Shown here piece by piece: positions 46,296 to 57,297 of a DNA stretch of 64,000 bases. Position numbers and translations under genes: made by a program. Under the pieces are notes generated by a model. The model made no database searches and had not been told where the DNA came from. It saw only the letters and a list, made by a program, of their open reading frames with translations. The stretch is from a bacterium (GTDB lineage Bacteria > SAR324 > XYD2-FULL-50-16), in NCBI GenBank assembly GCA_032250835.1, contig JAVVEA010000019.1, forward strand, positions 1 to 64,000, read 5' to 3'. Numbering within the stretch: position 1 is the stretch's first letter; every line of letters starts with the position of its first letter.

Positions 46296-46820
46296 ATGGA
46301 AGAACTGAAAAGTTATATCCGCAACATTCCCGATTTCCCTAAGCCCGGCATCCAGTTTAAGGACGTCTCGACTCTCTTTAACAACCGCTGGGGCTTCCAG
46401 ATGTGTTTGGACGGCTTTGAGTCGATCATGCGCTACATGGAATTCGACAAGATCGCCGGGATTGAATCGCGGGGTTTTGTCTTGGGTGCGGCCTTAGCCG
46501 ACCGCTTGAAGACCGGCTTCGTGATGGTCCGCAAAAAGGGCAAGTTGCCCGGCGAGACGGTCAGCCAGTCTTATGAATTAGAGTACGGCACCGACGAATT
46601 GGAAATCCACTTAGGCGCTATTGAAAAGGGCGAGCGGGTCTTGTTGATAGACGACCTGTTGGCCACCGGCGGCACCTTAGAAGCCAGTGCCAAGTTAGTA
46701 GAAAAGCTGGGCGGCAAGGTTGAGGCTACGGCCTGCATCATCGAACTGACGGGCTTAAATGGCCGCCAGAAGATCAAGGACTACCCCTTCATCACGCTGA
46801 TCAGCTACGACGAAGCTTAA
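46296..46820 (+). CDS. apt: Adenine phosphoribosyltransferase
   Basis: IPDFPKPGI.FKD, ESRGF, YELEYG, IDDLLATGGT. Confidence 0.96.
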   Translation: MEELKSYIRNIPDFPKPGIQFKDVSTLFNNRWGFQMCLDGFESIMRYMEFDKIAGIESRGFVLGAALADRLKTGFVMVRKKGKLPGETVSQSYELEYGTDELEIHLGAIEKGERVLLIDDLLATGGTLEASAKLVEKLGGKVEATACIIELTGLNGRQKIKDYPFITLISYDEA

Positions 46821-46849
46821 GTCTTGGGTTGCCTTTGAGCAAATCAGAC

Positions 46850-46886
46850 AAAAGGCGGCTCCCAACGCGGGGGCCGCCTTTTTTTT
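46850..46886. terminator. Rho-independent terminator, likely bidirectional
   Basis: aaaaggcggctccc-aacgc-gggggccgcctttttttt between convergent apt and kinase genes. Confidence 0.85.
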
Positions 46887-46889
46887 GGT

Positions 46890-49278
46890 CTACATCAAGG
46901 GATTGGCGATGTGGGCGGCGTAGATGCTGGAAAGCAATTTGCCTTTTTCCAAGGGCTTGTTGAGGTAGCCGTCGAAGGGGGAGTCTTGGGCCAAGCGGTC
47001 CAACTCTAACTTGGAATATGAGGAAAGAGCAACCACCAGGGCCTCGGGGGCTAACTGACGGATCGCTTCGGTGGTTTCCACTCCATTCATGCCCGGCATG
47101 TCGATGTCCATCAGCACCAGATCAAAAGGCTGTTTTTTATACTGTTCTAAGGCGTCGAGCCCGCTAACAGCCACCTCAAAATCAACGCCCAATTCCTTAA
47201 AAACCGCGGCACTGGTCCCACGGTGCAGGTCGTTGTCGTCGACGATCAAGACCCTCATCCGAGCCAGTTGGGCGCGCATGATCGCCTCGGAGTCCGCCAC
47301 TAGGGCTTCGCCGGCGCTGCCCTGAGGCAGGGTAAACCAAAAGCGGCTCCCTTGGCCCGGCACACTTTCCACCCCGATTTCACCACCGTGGCGTTTTACA
47401 AAGTCCGCGCAGAGGATCAGCCCGAGCCCCGAGCCCACCTCACTGTTGGTACCTAAACTACTGCGCACCTTGCGGTCTAGGCGGAATAAGTCCTTTTGCA
47501 TCTGGGCATCGACCCCCTTGCCGCTGTCCACTAATTCAATTTGTACCCAACTTCCTTCCAGACGCCCAAGCAATTGAACGCTTCCTCCTGCGGGGGTGAA
47601 CTTAAGCGCATTGTTGAGCAGATTGCGCACAATGGTGGTCACCATCTCTAAATCGGCCCGAATGTACAACTTGGGGTCACAGTCTATGCCCAATTGGATG
47701 CCCTTTTGTTGAGCAATGCCGTCAAACAGCCCCAAGTTGGCTTTTAAAATCGGCTCAAGGGCTATGCTTTGCGGGTGGAATTCGATTTCGCCGCGCTGGC
47801 CACGGGCCCAAACCAATAGGTTTTCTAGGAGTTGGTGGGTGTTTTTAGTGGTATTGCGGATCGATTGAAACATCTGTTTGTCAATGTCTTCGGGCTGCGT
47901 CACCATTTCATTAAAGAACACGGAGAGACTCCCCATCGGCCCCCGCAAGTCGTGGGAGATGATCGAAAAGAAACGGTCCTTGGTGTCATTCGCTTGGGCC
48001 AACTGGGCCGTGCGTTCATAGACCTGCCGCTCCAACCGCTCTTTAGCCCCCTTTTCGTTGTTGATCAATTGCCTGTGGGCGCTGTCTTTCTCTTGTTGCA
48101 ACAGCCGCACCCGGTAAGCCAGCGCCAGCGAGAAGACCAGCAACTCAATCATGGACCCCAGCAAATAGGCATAGCGGGTGAAAAAATTATAGGGTACCGC
48201 TCCCAAGTTCACCCCGGCGATCAAAAACAAACCGGCTATGTACCAGCCCATAGCGGCCAGGAGATAGCTGGCTAACGGAATCTTTTTATAAACCCCGTAA
48301 AAACTAATCAGCAAAAAGATCAAGGTGATCGGCATACCACTAAGAACAATCAGCTTGTAGTAGGCCAAATCCAGATAGATCAGTAGGGCCAAGGCGACAA
48401 ATAGGATGGAAATCCCCTTCAAAACCCAACTGAGACGGGGAATCGTCACTTTGGCATCCAACAACTGACTGATAAAGAGCGCCAAAAAGGTAACGGAGAG
48501 CGAAATGTGGACCGCCAAGTGATAATGGGCCTGGGGATCGGACATAAAGTAGAGATTAAACCCGCTGTAACTGAGCGCAAAAATAAGAAAATTGGCCACA
48601 TAGAGGACATAAAATAGGTAGAGGCGGTCCCTTAACGTGATCAGCAAAAATAAGTTGTATATCAAGACTCCGCCAGCCACGCCAAAATAGACGAAGTAGG
48701 CGGCGGTTTGCCAAATCTCGGTTTCTACCGCCTGTTTTAGGTCGAGCACCTCAACCCCGGCAGTTAGTAATTCCCATTTGGGGTAGGTAAACAGGTAATA
48801 GCTTTGCGTCTCACCCGGTTGCAGGGTCACCAAGAAGCTGGGGAGGCGGTTGGGGATCGAGCGTTGATCCATCGGCACTTGAATCCCGTTGGGTTCGCGC
48901 TGCCACTGCCCGTTGACCAAGCGATACAGGTCCACTTGATCCATAAACACCTCGTCCATCCGAATCACTCTCGAGACCGCCTCAGCGGATCCGTTGCGTA
49001 GCTTGAAGGCAAACCAATAGTTGGATTGGCCCAGGGGCAAATAGAAACGGGAGGTTTTGAGTTCGAAGGCTAGTGCGCTGCGGCTCACTTGCTCGATGCC
49101 GGCCTTTAAGCTCGGATCGGCGGCAATGGCTACTGAAAAGTTGGTCAGTTTAAGGCCCGGAACGGACACCTCATGCACCGGCAGTTCAACGCCCGCGTAG
49201 CCCGTTGCCGCCCCCCCCACTGGTCCCCAATAAAAAGGCCGCCATCCAAGGTAACCAATAGGCTTTAAATGCCCCCAT
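46890..49278 (-). CDS. 7TM-DISM hybrid sensor histidine kinase / receiver; 5' end frameshifted in a G8 tract
   Basis: 7TMR-DISM-like extracellular and 7-TM region, IISHDLRGP, NALKFT, GSGLGL, VDDN..LMDIDMPGMNG. The main ORF is 46890-49220; an SD plus ATG at 49278 is one base out of frame. Confidence 0.85.
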
Positions 49279-49302
49279 CACAAATCCCCCTCAGGATTGA
49301 AG

Positions 49303-50049
49303 TCAACGTAACTTCAGTTGCATCGGCAAGCCGCCCCATTCCTGCCGAGCTAAGTCCAATTCTTCGGGCGTCCCCACATCGGACCAATATTGGGCGCTAA
49401 TATCCGCCGCACGCACTTCCAACCCCTCGGCTAAGTGCTTGAGGTATTCTTCGATCAGATTTGAGGCGACTGGCTCCTTTAGGCGGCTCAGGAAATACGG
49501 GCTGAGCGCGTGGATGCCCGTAAAGTTGTAGGCCCCAATTTGCCCGACCGGGTCCCCGGTGACTAGGTCCCCGCTGGCCCGCCGCAATCCCACCACCTGG
49601 GCTTCTTCGTCGACAAGTAAACTGGACGCCGCCGGGCGCTGGTTGACCGCTAGACTGACTTCGGTTTCATGGGCCAAATGCTGGGCCCCGAAGCGGGCAA
49701 AGTCCAAGTCCGTCAGGATGTCCGCATTGACCAGAAAAAAATCCTGGTCCAGCCATTGCCGGGCTTGGTACAGCCCGCCGCCGGTACCCAAAATATGGGG
49801 TTCCCGGCTGATGAAAAGTTCAAAGTGGGGGGCCAAGTGGGTCTGGGCATAGGTTTCGACCTGTTCCGGCAGCCAATGGGTATTTAAGACCAACCGCTCC
49901 ACACCTGCCTGTTGCAACGACTGGGCAATCCAGGCCAACATGGGCTGACCGCCAATCTCCACCAAGGGCTTGGGGGTCTTTAAGCTGAGCGGGCGCAAGC
50001 GAGTGCCTAGACCGGCACAAAAAACCATCGCTTGGCGCAGCTTAGTCAC
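49303..50049 (-). CDS. Nucleotidyltransferase (MurU/GalU-like NTP_transferase)
   Basis: AMVFCAGLGTRLRPL...PKPLV, LGTGGG, NAD, WSDVGT. Confidence 0.88.
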   Translation of the reverse strand: MTKLRQAMVFCAGLGTRLRPLSLKTPKPLVEIGGQPMLAWIAQSLQQAGVERLVLNTHWLPEQVETYAQTHLAPHFELFISREPHILGTGGGLYQARQWLDQDFFLVNADILTDLDFARFGAQHLAHETEVSLAVNQRPAASSLLVDEEAQVVGLRRASGDLVTGDPVGQIGAYNFTGIHALSPYFLSRLKEPVASNLIEEYLKHLAEGLEVRAADISAQYWSDVGTPEELDLARQEWGGLPMQLKLR

Positions 50050-51961
50050 GCCGCAAGCTCGAAGGGGTCCGCCCGTCGGGGGTCATGCCGGGATCTTGGC
50101 CGCCGGGCACTACGGGAATCTTGTATTCTTTGGTAACGTCCACCCGGAAGCGGCCTTGGCGCGCGGACTTCAACTTGAGCTTGGCGCTGCGGCTGACCTG
50201 GGCCAATTCTTCGGGGCTGCGCACAACCTTAGGGGTCAAGAACACCAAGAGATTGGTTTTGCGGACCGTTGATTTTCGGGTCTTAAAAAACCAACCCAAA
50301 ATCGGGATGTCACCCAAGCAAGGGGTTTTGACCTCCACGTCGCTGATTTCGTCGCTGATCAAACCTCCCAAAACAATGGTCTGGCCATCGTCGACCACCA
50401 CCTTGGTCTTCAAGGCGCGGTTCAACATGGTGATCGCACCTTGTTGGTTCAGGTTGTTGGTCTGGCCCTGGACTAGGTTGCTGCTGTTCTGGTCGATCTT
50501 TAATTCGATGGTGTTGTCGGCGTTGATCTGGGGCGAAATCTTGAGCCCCACACCCACTTCTTTATACTCAATCAGGGTGGTCTGGTTGCCCTGAGGGTCT
50601 ACCTTTGTGCTACCCAGCGTGGGGACGATCTCGCCCACCTTGATCTCCGCTTCTTCGTTGTTGAGCGTCAAGATCTGCGGGTTCGAGAGGATGTCTATTT
50701 CCGTATCCTGTTGGGTCGCCTTGATGAAGGCGTTAAAGCTCGAAAAGGTCTGGTCGCCGAAGGTGATGGGCCCGCCCAACACACCAATCGCCGCGCCGCC
50801 GGTGGTGGTCGCCGGAAAACTACGCGCCCCGCCCGTGCTGCCCACGCCACCGGCGGTAACAAAGGCATCTTGGCCCGCCACGGTGGTCGCTTGGCCCGCC
50901 TGCCACTCGACCCCGAGGTCCAAACTTTTGTCCAATTTGATTTCCATGATCAAGGCCTGGATAAAAACCTGGGCCCGCACCACGTCAAGCTGCTCGATCA
51001 CGTTTTCGATGGCCGTAAAGTCGCCGGAATCGCTAAAAACCACCACCGAGTTACTGGGCACGTCGGCAATGACTTGCAGTTGGTTGGGCTGATTGCCCGG
51101 GCGGAAGCGCTCTAAGACTTTAGATACCTGGGTGGCGTTGGCATTTTTCAGCGGGTAAACCCGCATGTTTCCGCCTTGGGCCTTGTTTTCCTGGTCCAGT
51201 TTCTTGAGCAGAGACCGGGCCAATTCGATGCCGTCGGGGAAGCCGATCAAGACCAAGCTGTTGGTCCGTTGGTCACCGACCACTTTAAGACGCTTGCCCC
51301 GGTTGTTGTGCTGCTCAAAGACCCGGTTGAGCATCGACTCGGCGTCTTTGGCCGAAGCGTTTTTCAGCTCGATCACCGCCAACTGGCTTTCTTTAAACTG
51401 ATTGTCCGGCTGGTCTAAGGCTTCGACAATCTTAGCGAAGCGCTCCGCCGAATCACGGTGGTCTTTGATCACCATGGTATTCGAAGAGTCCTCTACCACC
51501 AAAACGGCGTGGCGGCTTAAGATCGGGCTTAGGCTGTTGCGCAGAGCCTTGGCCTCCACGTAGCGGACCTGAATGACGCGGGTGACGTAATGTTGGCTGG
51601 GGTCCTTGGGTTCTAACACCACCCGGCCCGAATCCTGTTTGATATTGGACGAAGGAACGATCTTTACCGCGCCGCTCTCTTCGATGGCCGAAAGATCATT
51701 GGCCTCTAAGATCGCGTCCAGCAACCGGTACAACTCTTGTCCCGTCGGGCTGGTTTCGGCCAGGATAGTGACTTTTTTATTTTTGATCTTTTCGGCATCA
51801 AAAACGAATCGCTTGCCCGTTTCGGAGGCAATCAATTCGATGGCTGTCTCTAAGCTGATTTGGCGAAAATTGGTCGGTCCCTGCTGAGCCATAGCCGCGT
51901 CAAAGAACAGCAGCAATGCCAACAGGGCAACCAATAAAGGTAACGGCCTTTTCAACAACAT
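50042..51961 (-). CDS. gspD: Type II secretion secretin
   Basis: N domains, QVFIQALIMEI, ILSNPQILTLNNEEAEIKVG, LGDIPILGWFF, NLLVFLTP. Confidence 0.9.
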   Translation of the reverse strand: MLLKRPLPLLVALLALLLFFDAAMAQQGPTNFRQISLETAIELIASETGKRFVFDAEKIKNKKVTILAETSPTGQELYRLLDAILEANDLSAIEESGAVKIVPSSNIKQDSGRVVLEPKDPSQHYVTRVIQVRYVEAKALRNSLSPILSRHAVLVVEDSSNTMVIKDHRDSAERFAKIVEALDQPDNQFKESQLAVIELKNASAKDAESMLNRVFEQHNNRGKRLKVVGDQRTNSLVLIGFPDGIELARSLLKKLDQENKAQGGNMRVYPLKNANATQVSKVLERFRPGNQPNQLQVIADVPSNSVVVFSDSGDFTAIENVIEQLDVVRAQVFIQALIMEIKLDKSLDLGVEWQAGQATTVAGQDAFVTAGGVGSTGGARSFPATTTGGAAIGVLGGPITFGDQTFSSFNAFIKATQQDTEIDILSNPQILTLNNEEAEIKVGEIVPTLGSTKVDPQGNQTTLIEYKEVGVGLKISPQINADNTIELKIDQNSSNLVQGQTNNLNQQGAITMLNRALKTKVVVDDGQTIVLGGLISDEISDVEVKTPCLGDIPILGWFFKTRKSTVRKTNLLVFLTPKVVRSPEELAQVSRSAKLKLKSARQGRFRVDVTKEYKIPVVPGGQDPGMTPDGRTPSSLRRD

Positions 51962-52029
51962 GCCAGAAAGTCGTTCAGTAAGGTTTTCTGACCGGTCCAA
52001 AGGGACACAAATCAGGGGATTTCTGCCCA

Positions 52030-52800
52030 CTATGGCTGATTCGATGCCCTTTCGTCGATCAAATCCCGCGCCAAAAGCAATATTTTGGCCGCCGAAAAAG
52101 CCGCCCCAAAACCGTTGTCGATGTTGACCACGCTAACCCCGGCGGCGCAAGAGTTGAGCATAGTCAAAAGCGGGGCCAAGCCGTCAAATCCCGCGCCGTA
52201 GCCCACCGAGGTGGGCACCGCCACCAGAGGACGACGCAGTAGCCCCCCCACTAGGCTGGGCAAAGCCCCATCCATACCCGCAACGACGATCACCACCTGG
52301 GCCTGTTGGATTTCTTCGAGCTTGGAAAAAAGGCGATGCGGCCCGGCGACGCCCATATCAAAATAACGGTGGACTTCGGCACCCAAGTATTCGGCCACGG
52401 CGGCGGCTTCTTCGGCCACCTGGATGTCGGCTGTGCCTGCGGTCAGCACCGCTAAGCGGCCCAAACGCCGGGGCTCGGGCCCCCAAGGACCGACCAGCAA
52501 GCGAGAGGCTGGGCGGTATTCTAGCTCGCTATAGATTGCGCACAGCTTCTTGGCCTTATCTTCCCCTAGCCGGGTGACTAAGAGCCTTTCGGAGCGGCGC
52601 TTGAAGCTGCCGATGATGCCTTCAAGCTGGGTCAGGCTTTTTGAAGCCCCATAGACCACCTCACCGAAGCCGGTGCGTTTCTCGCGGCTTAAATCCAGGC
52701 GGGCAAAACCCAATTCCTCAATGCCCTTGAGCCGGGCAATAGCCTGGCCTAGCTCTAACCTTCCGGCGCGAAACTCTTCTAATATTGCTTCAACTTCCAT
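52030..52800 (-). CDS. larB: Nickel-pincer cofactor biosynthesis carboxylase/hydrolase
   Basis: R..RTGFGEVVY, AGTAD, AGMDGALPS, PTSVGYG, MLNSCAAGVSVVNIDNGFGA. Confidence 0.92.
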   Translation of the reverse strand: MEVEAILEEFRAGRLELGQAIARLKGIEELGFARLDLSREKRTGFGEVVYGASKSLTQLEGIIGSFKRRSERLLVTRLGEDKAKKLCAIYSELEYRPASRLLVGPWGPEPRRLGRLAVLTAGTADIQVAEEAAAVAEYLGAEVHRYFDMGVAGPHRLFSKLEEIQQAQVVIVVAGMDGALPSLVGGLLRRPLVAVPTSVGYGAGFDGLAPLLTMLNSCAAGVSVVNIDNGFGAAFSAAKILLLARDLIDERASNQP

Positions 52801-53596
52801 GTAAGGCCTCGTTTAAACTGCCCGAGCGGAATCCGCCCAAATCCAAGGCCACCCAGGAGAACCCCAGGGATTTTAAGTGACTTTCGACCGCCCCGCGCTG
52901 TTCGATCAGCGCCGTAAAATCAGCCACCGGCACCTCGACGCGCGCCACCGCGCCATGATGACGCACCCGTAGTTCCTTAAAGCCCAGGCTCCTTAAGAAT
53001 GCCTCGGCTTCGCCGATTTGGCGTAATTTTTCTAAGGTAATGGGGTCGCCGTAGGGCACCCTCGAATTCAGACAAGGCGAGCTGGGCAGGTCCCAGGTAC
53101 TTAAACCCCTCTGTTTCGAAAGATTCCGGATTTCGTTTTTTCCCAGACCTACCTCGGCTAAGGGGCTACGGACCCCCTGTTCCTCCCGTGCCTTTAAGCC
53201 CGGACGGTAATCGCCCAAGTCGTCGGCATTGGTACCGTCTAAAACCCAGGTGATCCCCAGTTCTTGTGCCTTAACGGCGATTTCTCCAAAAGACAGGCTC
53301 TTGCAGTGGTAACAGCGGTCAGCCTCGTTGCGGGCCAAGGCTTCGCGTTCCAATTCCCGCACCTCGATCACCCAAGGCTTGACCCCCAGAGCCTCGGCCC
53401 GCTCCATGGCCGCCTCAAACTCGGCTTGGGGAAAAGATTCGGCTTTGACGATGGTCGCTTGAGCCCCCTCGCCCAACTCTTCAAGGGCCCGCTTTAACAA
53501 AAAACTAGAGTCCACTCCGCCGGAATAGCAGACCAGCACCCGTTGTAGGGGGGATAAAATCTTGCCTAACTCCAAGTCCTTCTGGTAGTCTGCCAT
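52790..53596 (-). CDS. larE: ATP-dependent sulfur transferase LarE
   Basis: YSGGVDS PP-loop, RCYHCK, DGTNADD..DYRPG, PCLNSR.PYG, RVRHHG. Confidence 0.92.
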   Translation of the reverse strand: MADYQKDLELGKILSPLQRVLVCYSGGVDSSFLLKRALEELGEGAQATIVKAESFPQAEFEAAMERAEALGVKPWVIEVRELEREALARNEADRCYHCKSLSFGEIAVKAQELGITWVLDGTNADDLGDYRPGLKAREEQGVRSPLAEVGLGKNEIRNLSKQRGLSTWDLPSSPCLNSRVPYGDPITLEKLRQIGEAEAFLRSLGFKELRVRHHGAVARVEVPVADFTALIEQRGAVESHLKSLGFSWVALDLGGFRSGSLNEALHGS

Positions 53597-53713
53597 GACG
53601 ATACTTAAGTATGTTGCCCTACCCCCAAAACCCGGTGGTAGTGAATCCTCAGCATAGCCCATCCAAGCTACTTGGACAATAGCACCCCGCAGGCTCCGAA
53701 GGAGAGATTACTA

Positions 53714-55258
53714 ATGCGTTTTAATTTAAAAACCAAGGCGGTGATTGGCGTAGCCGTTGGCCTGACAGCCTACGGCATCGCCGGGATGTCTACCATCTAC
53801 TTGACCGGCAACCGGATAGCCACCCAGCAGTCCAAAGAAACGCTACGCATGTTCTCCGAATCCGCCTTCCAGACCCTCCTAACCAGCATGAACTTCGGCA
53901 GCGCCGAAGTGATCACCGAAGCGGTGGACAAGGCGCGCAGCATTGAGGGGGTTAAAGACCTAAGTGTCGCCCGCTCCCAACTAGTGATCGACTATTCGGG
54001 CCGCACCGAGCAATTGACCACAGACCCCGAGGTTTTAGAGGTCTTCGCCACTAAAGAGCCTAAGCTGATCGAGACCCACGAGGGGGAACATTTGGTCCGC
54101 ATCCTCAAGCCCTTTAAGGCCGTTGAAGCTTGTCTCGGCTGCCACGCCAACGCAGAAGAGGGCAACGTACTGGGCGTGATGGACCTGACCATCTCCCGCG
54201 AAGCGAGCGATTCGACGCTCTTTGAGGCCTTACGCAACGTCGGGATCGGGGTCCTGCTGCTGACCCTGGTGGCCGGTGCCGTGATTTCTACGGCGATCCA
54301 AAAGGCCATCCTAGGACCGGTACAGGGATTGTTGGCCATGTTGCAAGACATGGCCCAGGGCGGCGGGGACCTAACCCAGCGTCTTCCGGTGATGACCGAC
54401 GACGAGTTAGGCGAACTGGCCGAGGCGTTTAACCAGTTTGTGGGCAACTTGGGGGTGATGATCAAAGAATCCCAGACCTCTACCCATGAAATTGCCCGCC
54501 AGTTGTTGAGCATGGGCGAGCAATCGGTGATCACCTCCGATGCAATCCAAGAGATAACCAAAGCGGTGTTAACCGAAGAGGATATCTTGCAGACCCTGGC
54601 CGAAAACGCAGGGGAACTCAACCTTTCGGTCCAAAGCACCCAAAAGACGGTCGAAGAAACGGTCCGATTCGCCGAAACCAACAAAGAGGGCACCGTCAAG
54701 GGCCTGACCTCGGTCGAAGAAGTGACCGACATCTTCGGCAAGATCAACTCTAGTTCCAAAGCGATCTTCTCAATCATGTCAGAAATGCAGGCCATCGCCG
54801 GACGCACCAACCTGCTTAGCCTCAATGCCGCCATCGAAGCAGCCAAGGCCGGGGAATTTGGTAAGGGCTTCGCCGTGGTTGCCGAAGAGGTCCGCAGTCT
54901 AGCCGACCAATCAAACCAATCGACCCAAAAGATTGCCACCTTAATCGAAGAGAGCGGCAGCCGTTTGACCAGCGGTCAAGAGGCAGTGCAAGGGATGATG
55001 GAGATTTTCCGGGCCATTGAGTTAAATGCAGAGGAGGTCGCCAGGGCCCTGCAAGGAATCGCTTCGAAAAGCACCAACCAAGTAGGAGCCTTGCAGAGCA
55101 CCGCCGAAGGGGTCACCGATCTTTTGGGGATTTCAGACCAGATCAGCGAGCTTTGCAGCAAGCTAACCGAATGCTCCGACAACCTCCTAGGCCTACGCAA
55201 GGGGATCAACCAACATACCGAGGGCCTGACGGTGATGATGGACCGCTTTAAGGTATAA
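53714..55258 (+). CDS. Methyl-accepting chemotaxis protein with periplasmic c-type heme sensor
   Basis: TM - ACLGCH - TM - HAMP - [31 protein letters not shown]. Confidence 0.92.
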   Translation: MRFNLKTKAVIGVAVGLTAYGIAGMSTIYLTGNRIATQQSKETLRMFSESAFQTLLTSMNFGSAEVITEAVDKARSIEGVKDLSVARSQLVIDYSGRTEQLTTDPEVLEVFATKEPKLIETHEGEHLVRILKPFKAVEACLGCHANAEEGNVLGVMDLTISREASDSTLFEALRNVGIGVLLLTLVAGAVISTAIQKAILGPVQGLLAMLQDMAQGGGDLTQRLPVMTDDELGELAEAFNQFVGNLGVMIKESQTSTHEIARQLLSMGEQSVITSDAIQEITKAVLTEEDILQTLAENAGELNLSVQSTQKTVEETVRFAETNKEGTVKGLTSVEEVTDIFGKINSSSKAIFSIMSEMQAIAGRTNLLSLNAAIEAAKAGEFGKGFAVVAEEVRSLADQSNQSTQKIATLIEESGSRLTSGQEAVQGMMEIFRAIELNAEEVARALQGIASKSTNQVGALQSTAEGVTDLLGISDQISELCSKLTECSDNLLGLRKGINQHTEGLTVMMDRFKV

Positions 55259-55411
55259 ATTCGTCGAGGTAGCCCTTTCCCACGAGGCATGGCCTGGCTG
55301 TATTGCGCCCTATCCCTCCGTTTCGGCAAAGGCGGGACGCTCGTGGAGGGCTTTCTTGTAAGAGGTCTTGGGCCAGGGCCCCAATGAATGGGTGCCCAAC
55401 CTTCCGTTCTC

Positions 55412-57187
55412 CTATTTCCCCTTAGCCAGCCCACGCCTACGCGGGTCGGCCACGCCGGTGATCACCCCAGACTTCGCGTCCACGGCGATACTGTTGGCGG
55501 CCCCCCAATAGCGGCTCGGCTGGAGGGTATGCCCTTTCTCTTGTAGCGGTGCCACCACCTCTGGGTTATAACCTGGCTCCAATTCAATCTGGTCCGGCAT
55601 CCACTGGTGGTGCATGCGCGGGGCGCTAACGGCGTCTTCTAGGCTCATGCCATGGTCCACAAAATTTTCAATCACCTGCACCACCGTGGTGATGATCCGG
55701 CTACCGCCGGGGCTGCCGGTAACCAGCACCACCTTCTTACTGCGTCCGTCCCTCAAGATCGTCGGCGACATGCTCGAAAGCATGCGTTTTTTGGGCTCGA
55801 TGGCGTTGGCTTTGGAACCGATCAGGCCGTAGGCATTTGGCTCGCCCGGCTTGCTGGTGAAGTCGTCCATTTGGTTGTTCATCAACACCCCGGTACCGGC
55901 GACCACGATCCCGGAACCGAAACTAAAATTCAGTGTGTAGGTGTTAGAAACCGCCCGGCCCTCCTTGTCGATAATCGAAAAATGGGTGGTGCTGGGGTAC
56001 TCATAACCTCTAAACCTAGTGGGGGCGATTTCGCTGGAGGGCTTGGCTTTCTTTAGGCTGATCTTAGCTTTCAAGACCCGGCCCAGCCGCTCGTCTGTTA
56101 GGCGCTGTACCGGCACCCGTTCAAAGTCTGCATCACCCATATACCAAGCCCGGTCGGCGTAGGCGATCTTCATGGCCTCGGCCATCACGTGGGTCGTTTC
56201 GGTCTGGTTGGCACCCCATTTCTGGATCGGGTATTCCTCTAAGGTATTCAAAATCTGGATCACATGCACCCCTCCCGAAGAAGGCGGCGGCATGCTCAAG
56301 ACCTCATAACCCCGGTAGCTCCCCCGCACCGGCTTGCGTAGGGCGGGCTGGTAAGCATTTAGGTCTAGCAGGTTGATCAAACCTCCGTTTTCCTTCATCT
56401 GTTTGGCGATAGCCTCTGCCGTAGGACCTTGATAAAAACCGGCCCGCCCCTGCAAGGAGATGCGCTTGAGGGTGGCGGCCAGGTCGGGCTGTTTGAAGAC
56501 TTCGCCCACCTCATAGACCTCGCCGTCTTCCTTAAAGAAAATACGTGCCGTCTCTGGCCAACGTTTTAGGTGGATAGCCCCTTTGATCAAAGAATCGTGG
56601 AATTGCTGGTCCACCTCAAAGCCTTCTTCGGCTAAGCGGATCGCTGGCGCTAGGGCCTGCTGGCGGGTCAGGGTGCCGTACTTGGACAAGGCCAACAACA
56701 GGCCCGCCGGAGTACCGGGCACGCCGCTGCTAAGGTGACTGAACAGCGCCTTGTTGCGGTCCGGCTCGCCGTTGTCGTCTAGCAACAGGTCGGTGGTGGC
56801 GTCTATTGGAGCCCGTTCGCGGTAGTCCAGCGCATAGGTCCGGTGGCTGTTTTCGGAAATCAACATAAAGCCACCGCCGCCTAGATTACCGGCTCTGGGG
56901 TAGGTTACGGCCATCACAAAGCCCATCACCACCGCCGCATCCACGGCGTTGCCGCCCGACTCCAAGACTTTATAGGCCTCTTCTACGCCGATCGGATCAC
57001 TGCCGACCACCATCATCTGGTCCCCACGGGCAACGGACGCCGGGTTGGGTAGATGTTCAGGCTCAATGATCGGCGCTGGGGTAGCTGCTTCGGCTTCAGC
57101 GGCCTCTTGCCCCAGGGCTATGGACCCGATTCCCCAAGGGGTCCAAGCCAAGACCCCAACCAAACAAATAACGAAAGTTCGATTCAT
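55412..57187 (-). CDS. ggt: Gamma-glutamyltransferase
   Basis: GGNAVDAAV, DYRERAP, TTHFS, NNQMDDF, LSSMSP, GSPGGSRII. Confidence 0.95.
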   Translation of the reverse strand: MNRTFVICLVGVLAWTPWGIGSIALGQEAAEAEAATPAPIIEPEHLPNPASVARGDQMMVVGSDPIGVEEAYKVLESGGNAVDAAVVMGFVMAVTYPRAGNLGGGGFMLISENSHRTYALDYRERAPIDATTDLLLDDNGEPDRNKALFSHLSSGVPGTPAGLLLALSKYGTLTRQQALAPAIRLAEEGFEVDQQFHDSLIKGAIHLKRWPETARIFFKEDGEVYEVGEVFKQPDLAATLKRISLQGRAGFYQGPTAEAIAKQMKENGGLINLLDLNAYQPALRKPVRGSYRGYEVLSMPPPSSGGVHVIQILNTLEEYPIQKWGANQTETTHVMAEAMKIAYADRAWYMGDADFERVPVQRLTDERLGRVLKAKISLKKAKPSSEIAPTRFRGYEYPSTTHFSIIDKEGRAVSNTYTLNFSFGSGIVVAGTGVLMNNQMDDFTSKPGEPNAYGLIGSKANAIEPKKRMLSSMSPTILRDGRSKKVVLVTGSPGGSRIITTVVQVIENFVDHGMSLEDAVSAPRMHHQWMPDQIELEPGYNPEVVAPLQEKGHTLQPSRYWGAANSIAVDAKSGVITGVADPRRRGLAKGK

Positions 57188-57297
57188 GTTGCTCCTAAGG
57201 TTCGCCCCAGACCTAACATGGACAGCCCCTTGCCTTCAAGCGGCTTTACAAGCGCGCCGGGCCTCGATAGGCTATGAACCATACCTCAGGGGGAATC

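Noticed and set aside
53992-54939. 315-aa minus-strand ORF
   Set aside because: Antisense shadow of the MCP gene.
55271-55352. Long imperfect stem between the MCP gene and ggt as an ncRNA
   Set aside because: Single copy with no recognisable family; adequately explained as a termination or stability hairpin between convergent genes.
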